A stretch of 64,000 nt of DNA from a virus (Duplodnaviria; Caudoviricetes), in the IMG/VR virus record IMGVR_UViG_3300033121_000370, positions 1 through 64,000 of that record, one strand, 5' to 3'. Under the pieces are notes generated by a model. That model ran no database searches, had not been told where the DNA came from, and saw nothing but the letters and a program-made list of their open reading frames with translations. Both the position numbers and the translations under genes were made by a program. Below are positions 32,516-41,522 of the stretch, one piece after another (position 1 is the first letter of the stretch; each line of letters opens with the position of its first letter).

Positions 32516-35236
32516 ATGCTAAAGCCTTCAGACATGCGGTTTAATATCAAGGCCTATAAGCCGGATGAGGGCTCTAGCGAGCTTCTTGGCCACGGTCCTT
32601 GCCCTAGGTGTAGAGCCTCGGGCAAGGATACCAAAGGGGATAACCTGGCTCTTTACAAGAATGCCGATGGTTCCCAGTCTTCTTTTTGTTTTGTTTGCTC
32701 GTATTACTCAAGGAAAGGTGACCCGGCAATGCCAAGTGTAGCCGAAGTAATTGTGCCAGAAAAATCCCTAGTGGAATTCGACACAGGCTCCTACAATCCG
32801 AGCGTGGTAAAGGCTTGCCGTAGTATCTCCCCTCAGATTTTCCAGAAGTACGCTGTACACGTCGAGGATGACAAGCACATCTATCCTTACTACGACCGGG
32901 AGAGTCACCTCCTGTGTGGGCTGAAGTACCGCTTCGTAGCCGAGAAGGGTTTCTCGTGCAAAGGCAAGATGGGCCGTGAGGCTCCTCTGTTCGGCATGAA
33001 CCTGTTTCCCAAAGGTGTATACAAGACTTGTATTCTCACAGAGGGTGAGCTTGACGCTCTATCCGCTTACCAGATGATGAGTGGCCGAGTGCCTAGCCTA
33101 AGTATTGCTAACGGGGCTCAGGCTGCTAAGCGAGCTGTCCAGGCTAACTGGGATTACCTATCATCTTTCGAGACGGTCTACCTGTGCTTTGACTCTGACG
33201 AAGAGGGGCGTAGGGCTACTGAAGAAGTGGCTCCTATGTTTCAGGCGGGAAAGGTTAAACTCATCCAGCTTCCGGGCGAGGCCAAGGATGCTAACGATGT
33301 TCTGGACAAGTTAGCTGACCCTGGTATCTTCAACCGGGCCTACAACAACGCTAAGGTATGGGTGCCGGAAGGAATCATCTGCTCTAGTAACTTGTGGGAG
33401 ACTCTCCTTGAGGATGACACCAAGGAATCTGTTCCGTACCCGTGGGCATCTTTGAACGACTACACCTACGGTATTCGTCCAGGTGAGCTTATTACTCTCT
33501 GCTCAGGCTGTGTTGACGCCGATACAGAGTTTCTAACACGTGCTGGTTGGAAGAGAATCGCAGAGTACGAAGTAGGAGATGAGGTTCTTCAGTATGATAA
33601 AGATACTAAGGTAGCCACGTTTACACTTCCACAGAAGTATGTAAAGCTACCAGCTAAGAGCCTGTGGCATATTAAAACCAAGTACGGGGTTGACCAAGTA
33701 TTGTCTGATGAACACCGTATCCTCTACGACACAGCTGATGGCTATACTTACGTGAATACCCTAGCTGAAGTAATGGACATCCATGCTAGCCAGGTAACAG
33801 GGTTTAGGGGTAAGCTCAGAACTACCTTTATTCTAGGTGATACCGGAAGTTCCAGCCCAATGAGTGACCCCATACTCCGGGTGATGACAGCTGTAATAGC
33901 TGATGGACACTTCCCTAGTTTAAATAACAAGTGTAAAATGCGTTTGAAAAAGGAGCGTAAGAAGGAGAGAATTACGAAGCTTTTAACAGAGGCTAATATA
34001 CCCTTTACAAGGGAACCTTGCTCACCATACGAGGGTTTTGAGGTATTCACATTCGTAGCCCCTTACAGAGTTAAGGAAGCTAGCCAAGAGCTATTCTGGT
34101 CTATGGATGCTAGGCAGCTAAAACTCTTTACAGAGGAAGTTCTATTCTGGGATGGTTGTATCTCTGGTAATTCCTTTTCTTCTAGAAACAAAACTACAGC
34201 TGACTTCGTTCAGTACGCCTTTAGTGCTAACGGTCAAAGGGCTACACTTCTGACACAGGTTAGAGGTGACCAAGGTATAGACCTAAGTGTGTATATGACT
34301 AAGAAAACTCTAGTCTCTTTTAGAAAAACTAATATGAGTAAACCTGAATTTAAAGAATACCCTACAACTGACGGATTCAAGTACTGCTTTGCTGTGCCTA
34401 CAGGTTTCCTAGTCCTACGACGCGGGCCTAATATCTTTATTACAGGTAATTCCGGCCAAGGCAAGTCAGCGTTCATGAAAGAGATTGCCTACCACCTGCT
34501 GAAGAACACCAGGGCTAACATAGGTCTACTCTTTCTAGAGGAAGGTGTAAAGAAGACAGCCAAAGGCATCATGAGTCTGGAACTTAATAAGCCTCTCCAC
34601 ATCCCGGATACCAAGTACTCTCCTGAAGAGTTCCAGAAGGCGTACAACGTAGTTATGAAGCCGGGCCGGTTCTACTTCTACGACCACTTCGGCTCTACGT
34701 CGATTGACAACATCGTAGCTCAGGTACACTACATGGCTATGGTTGCTGGTTGTAGATACATCTTCCTTGACCACATCTCCATCATTGTCTCTAGCCAGGA
34801 GAATGGCGATGAGCGCAAGGCCCTTGATGAGATTATGACCAAGTTACGTACTCTGGTCCAAGAGACTGGTATCTGCTTATTCGTAGTCACGCACCTTAAG
34901 CGCGTGGATGATGGCCACGAGAACGGTGGAGAGATTAGCCTAAACCACTTGAGAGGCTCAGCCGGTATCGCCCAACTCTCAGATTTTGTCATAGGGCTAG
35001 AGCGTAACTCTCAGGACCCTGATGTATCCCGGCGCAATACAACCGTACTGCGCGTACTGAAGAACAGGCCATTCGGTATCTCCGGGCTGGCAGCCGCTGT
35101 ACACTTCGACCGTAAGACTTGGCGCTTGAATGAGGTAGACCTAGAATCTTACTTGACTAAAGGCAAAGGAGGTGCTAAGGTTGAGGCTGGGCCTGGCCCA
35201 GCCCCTGAGGGCTTCCAACCGCGTAGGCCACAGTAA
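32516..35236 (+). CDS. T7 gp4-like primase-helicase with intein
   Basis: Zn finger CPRC/CFVC, TOPRIM TEGELDA and FDSD, Walker A SG|SGQGKS, IFLDH, LRGSAGIAQLSD. Confidence 0.95.
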   Translation: MLKPSDMRFNIKAYKPDEGSSELLGHGPCPRCRASGKDTKGDNLALYKNADGSQSSFCFVCSYYSRKGDPAMPSVAEVIVPEKSLVEFDTGSYNPSVVKACRSISPQIFQKYAVHVEDDKHIYPYYDRESHLLCGLKYRFVAEKGFSCKGKMGREAPLFGMNLFPKGVYKTCILTEGELDALSAYQMMSGRVPSLSIANGAQAAKRAVQANWDYLSSFETVYLCFDSDEEGRRATEEVAPMFQAGKVKLIQLPGEAKDANDVLDKLADPGIFNRAYNNAKVWVPEGIICSSNLWETLLEDDTKESVPYPWASLNDYTYGIRPGELITLCSGCVDADTEFLTRAGWKRIAEYEVGDEVLQYDKDTKVATFTLPQKYVKLPAKSLWHIKTKYGVDQVLSDEHRILYDTADGYTYVNTLAEVMDIHASQVTGFRGKLRTTFILGDTGSSSPMSDPILRVMTAVIADGHFPSLNNKCKMRLKKERKKERITKLLTEANIPFTREPCSPYEGFEVFTFVAPYRVKEASQELFWSMDARQLKLFTEEVLFWDGCISGNSFSSRNKTTADFVQYAFSANGQRATLLTQVRGDQGIDLSVYMTKKTLVSFRKTNMSKPEFKEYPTTDGFKYCFAVPTGFLVLRRGPNIFITGNSGQGKSAFMKEIAYHLLKNTRANIGLLFLEEGVKKTAKGIMSLELNKPLHIPDTKYSPEEFQKAYNVVMKPGRFYFYDHFGSTSIDNIVAQVHYMAMVAGCRYIFLDHISIIVSSQENGDERKALDEIMTKLRTLVQETGICLFVVTHLKRVDDGHENGGEISLNHLRGSAGIAQLSDFVIGLERNSQDPDVSRRNTTVLRVLKNRPFGISGLAAAVHFDRKTWRLNEVDLESYLTKGKGGAKVEAGPGPAPEGFQPRRPQ
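33509..34450 (+). mobile_element. intein (314 aa) with LAGLIDADG domain in helicase Walker A
   Basis: CVDADTEFLT start, SDEH block B, AVIADG/FWDG motifs, ITGN|S end. Confidence 0.9.
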
Positions 35237-35316
35237 TCTGATGTACAGGAATGGCCCGTGGTGGTACTTCTACTGGATGCTAGGTGTTCTACAGAGAGAT
35301 AGAGGGTTACCCAAAA

Positions 35317-37209
35317 ATGCCCAGGCGCAACGTAGTCATTGACATCGAGGCAGACTCCCTTAAACCCACTAGGCTCTGGTGTATTTCTACGCTTGAGATT
35401 GATACTAATGTTGTCCGTACCTGGGATATACGGGAAGGCTTCGCTGGGTTCCTGGAGTTCTCGCGGGACCCAGACATTTACTGGGTAGGCCACAACATCA
35501 TTGACTTCGACTTCCCTGTACTCAAGAAGTTCATCAAAGGATTTACCTATGACCTTGCGAAGACCCGAGACACACTTGTTATGTCTAGGCTGGCTAATCA
35601 GGAGCGTGACGGCGGACACTCCCTTGAGAACTGGGGAAACATTCTTGGCTTCCACAAGTCTGAATTCTCCGACTTCTCCCAGTTCTCCATGCAAATGCTT
35701 GACTACTGTATCCAAGACACCAGAGTTACCGCCCGTGTATTCAAGCAAGTCCTCAGAGAGCTAGCCGACTTCGACATGCGTTCTCTTCGCATCGAGCAAG
35801 AGACAGTCCAAGTACTCCAGCGTATGGAGGAGCGTGGATACACCCTTGACTACGAATTCACTACGGAGCTTCTTACCACTGTCACTACTCTTCGGGACCG
35901 CTTGGCTATCTCCCTATCCGAGAGTGCCCCTAAACTTCCCAAGTTCAAGCGACTGATTGAGCCAAAGATTACCAAGAAGGGTGACTTCTACCACCACAAC
36001 GTAAATGCGCTAGGCGACCAGGTTAAGTACTTGGAGGGCCAAGCATCCCTTATCGACTGGATTACATTCAACCCCGGCTCCCACAGCCAAGTAGCTTGGC
36101 AGCTGATGCTTCGTGGCTGGGTACCAACAGTCTTTACTGAAGCTGGTGCTCCCTCTACCTCTGAAGAAGTTCTGGAAGAGCTGTACGAGACTATGCCCGA
36201 GGCTCGGGACATTACCCAGTACTTCATGTTAGTAAAGCGCCAAGGCCAGATTAAGTCTTGGGTAGAGTTGTACAACCACGAGACAGGCCGGGTACACGGA
36301 CACATCAATCACGTAGGTGCCCGTACCCACCGGGCTAGCCACTCCAACCCTAACATGGCCCAGATACCTGCTGTTAAGCGGGACACCAAAGGTAATATCC
36401 TTCTAGGCTTAGATGGCACCTTCAACGCGGAGTGCCGTAAGTGTTGGAAGCCTGCTCCAGGCTTCAAGCAAGTAGGTGTAGATGCTGCGGCTATCCAACT
36501 AGTTATTCTTGCCCATGCAATGGGGGATAAAGACTACGCTGATGCTGTGGCTTTCGGAGACAAGAAACTAGGCACTGACGTTCACACACGTAACCGCAAC
36601 ATCCTGCGTGATACTGTAACCAAGTTAACTCGGCGCAACGACGTGGAGTACCTTGACCGGGATACGGCCAAAACTTTTATCTACTCTTTCCTCCTAGGTG
36701 CTGGGGCTGCTAAGACAGACCAAGTACTCTCCACCGATGGTATCGGGGCCAGCATCAAGAAAGAGTTCCTGGAGCGCATCCCGGCACTCAAGGCCCTCCT
36801 GGATAGACTACGCCGGGAGGTACGCGAGACTGGGCGTATAGCTGGCCTAGATGGCCGCTTCTTTCCGTGCGATGACCCTCACTTTGCTCTAGCTTATATC
36901 CTTCAGGGCTTTGAGGCTGCCATAATGAAGCTGGCCCTCATCTACACTCAGCGCTGGTTTGATAAGCACTTCGGGGATGACCTTGTAGGTATTCTCACGT
37001 GGGTCCACGATGAGTTTCAGATGGAAGCTCGGGATTGTACGGTAGCTTACCAGGGCTGCTCGGACTTCCCAGCCGGGGAGTACTACCTCCCGGAGCTTGT
37101 GCGGGATAAGACCGTAAAGATTATTGAGCAAGTTGGAAAGGAGTTTAATTTAAAGTGTTTCCTAACAGGTGAAGGCCGAGTAGGCAACGACTGGCTGGAA
37201 ACTCATTGA
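35317..37209 (+). CDS. family A DNA polymerase, T7-like (Tyr762 type)
   Basis: DIEADSL exo I, HNIIDFD, motif A DAAAIQL, motif B KTFIY, motif C HDE; ORF track starts at GTG 35284. Confidence 0.95.
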   Translation: MPRRNVVIDIEADSLKPTRLWCISTLEIDTNVVRTWDIREGFAGFLEFSRDPDIYWVGHNIIDFDFPVLKKFIKGFTYDLAKTRDTLVMSRLANQERDGGHSLENWGNILGFHKSEFSDFSQFSMQMLDYCIQDTRVTARVFKQVLRELADFDMRSLRIEQETVQVLQRMEERGYTLDYEFTTELLTTVTTLRDRLAISLSESAPKLPKFKRLIEPKITKKGDFYHHNVNALGDQVKYLEGQASLIDWITFNPGSHSQVAWQLMLRGWVPTVFTEAGAPSTSEEVLEELYETMPEARDITQYFMLVKRQGQIKSWVELYNHETGRVHGHINHVGARTHRASHSNPNMAQIPAVKRDTKGNILLGLDGTFNAECRKCWKPAPGFKQVGVDAAAIQLVILAHAMGDKDYADAVAFGDKKLGTDVHTRNRNILRDTVTKLTRRNDVEYLDRDTAKTFIYSFLLGAGAAKTDQVLSTDGIGASIKKEFLERIPALKALLDRLRREVRETGRIAGLDGRFFPCDDPHFALAYILQGFEAAIMKLALIYTQRWFDKHFGDDLVGILTWVHDEFQMEARDCTVAYQGCSDFPAGEYYLPELVRDKTVKIIEQVGKEFNLKCFLTGEGRVGNDWLETH

Positions 37210-37249
37210 CCTTGTTTTACAAGGTACAGAAAAGAAAGAGAATATTTGA

Positions 37250-37507
37250 ATGGAAAGCACTAACGTAATACCTTTCGCCCCTTACCTGGAAAAGAAAAGG
37301 GCTCCCACTACTGCTCAAGAGCCTACTAATGAGGGAGTCACTTTCTACGGGGGCACTTGTCAACCAATTCTTACTAATCACGTAACAGTTACTGATGTAA
37401 CCTACACACTAATGGACACAGTAGATTTCCTCCTGAGCGAGGGCCGTAAGGAAGAAGCTATCTTGCTCCTGGAGCAGACAATGAACCAGCTAAATACTTT
37501 AGATTAG
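37250..37507 (+). CDS. hypothetical protein
   Basis: 85-aa ORF with NVIPF motif. Confidence 0.5.
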   Translation: MESTNVIPFAPYLEKKRAPTTAQEPTNEGVTFYGGTCQPILTNHVTVTDVTYTLMDTVDFLLSEGRKEEAILLLEQTMNQLNTLD

Positions 37508-37510
37508 TAG

Positions 37511-37539
37511 TTGCTTTCAGGTATGCCGAGCGGTATACT
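37511..37539 (+). promoter_or_regulatory. sigma70-like promoter
   Basis: TTGCTT-N17-TATACT. Confidence 0.6.
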
Positions 37540-37646
37540 CAAGAAATAGGGGAGAGGTCCCGGACACTTCGAAGCATCTACACATATCGGGACCCGCCTC
37601 TACTAGTTCTAGCAACCAAGTGTAGATGCGGAAAGAAAGCATAAAT

Positions 37647-38135
37647 ATGCCAGTAGCAACAGGAAAAGCCAAGTGGGCACGTATCTTCGAGAATAACCGT
37701 GACTACGGCTTCCAGGAAGATGGCCAATATAATATGGTTGTCCAGCTGTCCCCAGCATCAGCTGAGCAGCTCAAGAGTGAAGGTGTCCTTCTAACTTATT
37801 CAGAAGAAGGCCCGGAGTTCACGTTCCGCCGCAATCATACCTTCATCAAGGAAGGAAACAAAGTAACCCTAGGCGCTCCTAAAGTTGTCGATGATGACCT
37901 GAAGCCTTTTCCCTCTGACACTATTATCGGGAACGGCTCTGAGGTAGAAGTCCTGTACAACCTGTACACCCCCACCAAGGGCAAGGGCAAGGGCAAGACC
38001 ACAGCCAAGCTCGAAGCTGTCCGAGTAGTGAAGCTTGTGGAGTACGCTGGAGCCGAAGGTTCTTCAGGGGCCACAGGCTTTAAGCCCCGGTCCAAGGAAT
38101 TATCTGATGACTTACCGAATGAGCTAGTAAACTAA
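37647..38135 (+). CDS. ssDNA-binding protein (T7 gp2.5-like)
   Basis: GKAKWA, PKVVD, IGNGSEV, LEAVRVVKLVEY, acidic tail. Confidence 0.8.
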   Translation: MPVATGKAKWARIFENNRDYGFQEDGQYNMVVQLSPASAEQLKSEGVLLTYSEEGPEFTFRRNHTFIKEGNKVTLGAPKVVDDDLKPFPSDTIIGNGSEVEVLYNLYTPTKGKGKGKTTAKLEAVRVVKLVEYAGAEGSSGATGFKPRSKELSDDLPNELVN

Positions 38136-38228
38136 CCCTTTCCTTTCCGGGATTGTTACAAACTAGCTAATGGGGCCGGGCTGCCCAAGTGGTGGCTCGG
38201 CATCCCCTAAGGGAAGGACCAAGAAGAG

Positions 38229-38432
38229 ATGACTAAAGAAGTAAAAGTAAAGAACCTGTTCCACGCTGTGGGGGATACACTTTCCCTGGCCGAGGAGCCT
38301 GAGGAAAACCTCTTCGTGCTCTCCCGTAACGAAGACAAGGATTACCTCTCTTCGTTTACCTCTGAAGAACTAGATGAAATTGAGCAACTGATAAGGGCTT
38401 TACATGACGCAGCAAGAAAACCCAACGAGTAG
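38229..38432 (+). CDS. hypothetical protein
   Basis: 67-aa acidic ORF. Confidence 0.5.
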   Translation: MTKEVKVKNLFHAVGDTLSLAEEPEENLFVLSRNEDKDYLSSFTSEELDEIEQLIRALHDAARKPNE

Positions 38433-38721
38433 CCAGCCACGCCTGGTAATCACCAAGTATTCCGCTAACTGGTGCGCTCCCTGTAAGGCCTTGGCTACAT
38501 CCCTGGAGTTCGAGCTCCAGAAGCGAAACAATGGTGTATCTTTCGTGCTGAACAACGTGAACATCGAGGATAGCCCTGAAGAGGCAGCTTTGGCTGGTGT
38601 TCGTGCCGTTCCCACAGTTGTTGTCTGGGACAATGACCTGAACACCGAGGTACACCGCTTCATAGGCAATAAAGGGTTAGTTGAGGTAAAGGCTATGCTA
38701 GACACTCTTGGTGTCGTATGA
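38404..38721 (+). CDS. thioredoxin
   Basis: WCAPC and VRAVPT. Confidence 0.9.
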   Translation: MTQQENPTSSQPRLVITKYSANWCAPCKALATSLEFELQKRNNGVSFVLNNVNIEDSPEEAALAGVRAVPTVVVWDNDLNTEVHRFIGNKGLVEVKAMLDTLGVV

Positions 38722-39641
38722 TGGCACAGACGAAGAGCATCGACTCCCTAGTACCAGACATCCAGAAGCTCCTAGTTGAGGGTGGAGACTTCCCTGATGA
38801 AGCTTATCTTAGCTTGGGTAAGGCTGTAGCGAAGTGCGTTAAAGAGCGTATGGAACGGCCTAAGCTGGATGCTGTAGCTCCAAAGGGAGGTCTACGCCTA
38901 TCCAACATAGGTAAGCCGGACAGGCAGCTCTGGTACATTCTGAACCTGGACCGGGAGGAGAACGCGCAAGAGCAGCTAACGCCTGAGCAGGTGTTCAAGT
39001 TTCTTTACGGCTCTATCCTCGAAGAAGTAATGCTGTGGCTGGCTTCCGCCTCAGGGCATTCGGTTACAAACAGACAAGAGACTGTTGTAGTCGAGGGTAT
39101 TACCGGGCACATAGATTGCAGGATAGATGGAGTAGGTGTAGATGCAAAGTCAGCCTCTGGTCAAAGCTTTAAGACAAAGTTTAAACAGGGCTCTATCCTC
39201 AGAGGTGATGACCCATTCGGTTATCTTCCTCAACTCGGCGGATACTTTGGTGGAGAGCCTGACGCGGCTTTCTTCGTATCTAATAAAGAGGATGGCTCCC
39301 TTCTTCTCTTCAAGGTACCAGGAGATAGCCTACCGGATACACCTGCTCGTGTCCGCCACATCAAAGAGATGGCCAAGCTTCCTGAACCACCTGAGAAATG
39401 TTACGGTACCAAAGACATTGGAGCTAATAAAGCACTTAGGGCAGGTTGTAAGTCGTGTAGTTTCAAGACTAAGTGCTGGGAGAATATCCGGGTATTCCAG
39501 TATTCGGACGGCATTGAATACCTGGTTGAAGTAAACAATGTACCAAGAGTACCGGAGTTAAGTTTAGATGCGAAAACGGTTATCAACAACATCGAAGAAA
39601 TACCCCAAGGGAGGGAGTGGTTCGTCCCCAAACCCGTTTAA
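38718..39641 (+). CDS. PD-(D/E)xK (Cas4-like) exonuclease
   Basis: RLSNIGKPDRQLW, GHID..DAKSAS, YLPQL, CKSCSFKTKCW. Confidence 0.8.
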   Translation: MMAQTKSIDSLVPDIQKLLVEGGDFPDEAYLSLGKAVAKCVKERMERPKLDAVAPKGGLRLSNIGKPDRQLWYILNLDREENAQEQLTPEQVFKFLYGSILEEVMLWLASASGHSVTNRQETVVVEGITGHIDCRIDGVGVDAKSASGQSFKTKFKQGSILRGDDPFGYLPQLGGYFGGEPDAAFFVSNKEDGSLLLFKVPGDSLPDTPARVRHIKEMAKLPEPPEKCYGTKDIGANKALRAGCKSCSFKTKCWENIRVFQYSDGIEYLVEVNNVPRVPELSLDAKTVINNIEEIPQGREWFVPKPV

Positions 39642-40047
39642 ATCCAAGTTTGAACAGAGGTTCTTTGAAGCCATGCCCACTAACAAGAAGCCCACCTACG
39701 AAGCTACACGACTAAAGTATGTCCTGGAATGTACATACAGTCCTGACTGGGAGTTCATGCGGCCTAACCAAACGTACTTCTACTTGGAAACCAAGGGTAA
39801 CTTGGACTCCGTTGCCCGGCGCAAGATGTTGGCAGTCAAGAAGCAGAACCCGGACATAGATGTACGCTTTGTATTCCAGCGGGATAATTACCTGTACAAA
39901 GGCTCCAAGAAGAAGTACTCTGATTGGGCCGAGGAGCACGGGTTCCCCTGGCACGTAGTCGGGGCTACTAGTAGGTATATACCGGACGCTTGGCTAAAAG
40001 AAGCTAAAGCATTTACAGTTTGTAACAAGAAGTTTAAGGCGCAGTAA
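39568..40047 (+). CDS. T7 endonuclease I-like resolvase
   Basis: FKSKFE, YSPDW, ETKG, DVRFVFQ. Confidence 0.85.
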   Translation: MRKRLSTTSKKYPKGGSGSSPNPFKSKFEQRFFEAMPTNKKPTYEATRLKYVLECTYSPDWEFMRPNQTYFYLETKGNLDSVARRKMLAVKKQNPDIDVRFVFQRDNYLYKGSKKKYSDWAEEHGFPWHVVGATSRYIPDAWLKEAKAFTVCNKKFKAQ

Positions 40048-40051
40048 AAGA

Positions 40052-40294
40052 GTGAGCATTAAGTTAAATAAGTACTATTCAGTAGTGTCAAGGGCTGACT
40101 CTATCAGCAAGTGGCTAGAAGTAGAAACCTTCCCTACGAAGAAACAGGCAGAAACTTACCTGCTTGAATATTCGAGGGACGATGGTTATATAGATGTGGA
40201 CCTACGCCTAGAAATCATTTACCGCTGGGAGGAAAGCACTACAAATGAACCGGATTACAACAATGACGATAAGGAAGAAGCCGGAGTACACTAA
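40052..40294 (+). CDS. hypothetical protein
   Basis: 80-aa ORF. Confidence 0.5.
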   Translation: MSIKLNKYYSVVSRADSISKWLEVETFPTKKQAETYLLEYSRDDGYIDVDLRLEIIYRWEESTTNEPDYNNDDKEEAGVH

Positions 40295-40640
40295 AGATAA
40301 CATTGAGGAATACTGGGACCTTTACCGCCTGTGGCCCTCAGTTGTTATTCAACTAGTGAACGACGCTCTTATCGAGGATAACCTGTGCACTTCTCCAAGT
40401 GTCCTGAATGTACGTACATCTGCTCGGGCCTTCTTTCAGGCTTCTAGCGGTGAGCTAGCTGAGCACCGGGAGTTAATCCTCTCTTGCCTCGGCTTTGACC
40501 CGGATAAAGCCACCAAAGCTATCCTGGACTTAATTAGCTCTGGGACTACTCAAAAGGACATCCTGAAGATTAGGGATTCCTTTGAGAAGCAACTACGACA
40601 AAGAACCAAACAACGCCGCCAGAAAGAAAGGGTCACCTAA
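40245..40640 (+). CDS. hypothetical protein
   Basis: LWPSVVIQLVNDAL..SARAFF pattern. Confidence 0.55.
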   Translation: MNRITTMTIRKKPEYTKDNIEEYWDLYRLWPSVVIQLVNDALIEDNLCTSPSVLNVRTSARAFFQASSGELAEHRELILSCLGFDPDKATKAILDLISSGTTQKDILKIRDSFEKQLRQRTKQRRQKERVT

Positions 40641-40643
40641 AAG

Positions 40644-40880
40644 ATGCCACGCAAGAATGTTACCCACATCAGCACAATGGACGTTCCTGACTACTTAGGT
40701 AGCTTTGTGCTAAGCCATAAAATGGCTAAGGCTATCAACCAGTACTGGAGGGTACGTGGAGTTGAAGCAGGGGCTTACGTAGAGAAGGGCTCTATTGGTA
40801 AAGATATGCCAGCTGTTTACTTCGTTCGTTCGAAGCTTTCTTTCAGCTTCCCGAAAGCCGCTACCCCCCATGCGCGGTAA
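40644..40880 (+). CDS. hypothetical protein
   Basis: 78-aa ORF. Confidence 0.5.
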   Translation: MPRKNVTHISTMDVPDYLGSFVLSHKMAKAINQYWRVRGVEAGAYVEKGSIGKDMPAVYFVRSKLSFSFPKAATPHAR

Positions 40881-41439
40881 GCTAACTCTCATCCAGGGGC
40901 CCATGTTCGCTGGCAAAACTACAAGGCTTATCAAGGAGATAGCTGAGGTAGAAAGTTTAGGCTTGGCTTATGTTGTCTTGAAGCCAGCTTGGGACACTCG
41001 CTACGATGGCCAAAGAAAGCTTGTGTCTCACTCCCAGATAACCGTAGAAGCTCAGCCAGTAAGCTCTTTAGACTTAGGTGATATAGGAACTGAGTACATC
41101 TTTCTGGACGAGGTTCAGTTCTTCATAAGCCCTTACGTAAACGTGGGCCGTGGAGAAATCTGGGAGCAGGTAGACAAGGCTCTAGATAGAGGAATCAACG
41201 TAGTTGCAGCTGGCTTAAACCGGGGCGCTGGTGGATGCATTTTCCTGGCCTCAGCACGTCTAGAGGCCTTAGCTGATGAGGTAATTGAGCTGAGGGCTAA
41301 GTGCCACCTTTGTCATCGTGTGGCTACCGAAACTGTGAGGATAAACAACAGCTTACCTGCCGCACCTTACCAAGTGGGTGGGGCTGAGATGTACCAACCA
41401 GCTTGCCTTATACACCTTGCCCAACAAGTTATTCCATAA
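40870..41439 (+). CDS. tdk: thymidine kinase
   Basis: GPMFAGKTT, DEVQF, AGL, CHLC, VGG..Y..AC. Confidence 0.9.
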   Translation: MRGKLTLIQGPMFAGKTTRLIKEIAEVESLGLAYVVLKPAWDTRYDGQRKLVSHSQITVEAQPVSSLDLGDIGTEYIFLDEVQFFISPYVNVGRGEIWEQVDKALDRGINVVAAGLNRGAGGCIFLASARLEALADEVIELRAKCHLCHRVATETVRINNSLPAAPYQVGGAEMYQPACLIHLAQQVIP

Positions 41440-41522
41440 GTCAACCAGAGTACAATAGTAATTCTCCCCGCTAGCCGGGGCCTCCCTATAAACCCCGAGT
41501 ATACAGAAAAGGTTAATTACCC

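Noticed and set aside
35149-35748. 199-aa minus-strand ORF
   Set aside because: Antisense to the helicase end and polymerase start
41440-41522. Cobalamin riboswitch before nrdJ
   Set aside because: Only about 80 nt available and no B12-box consensus
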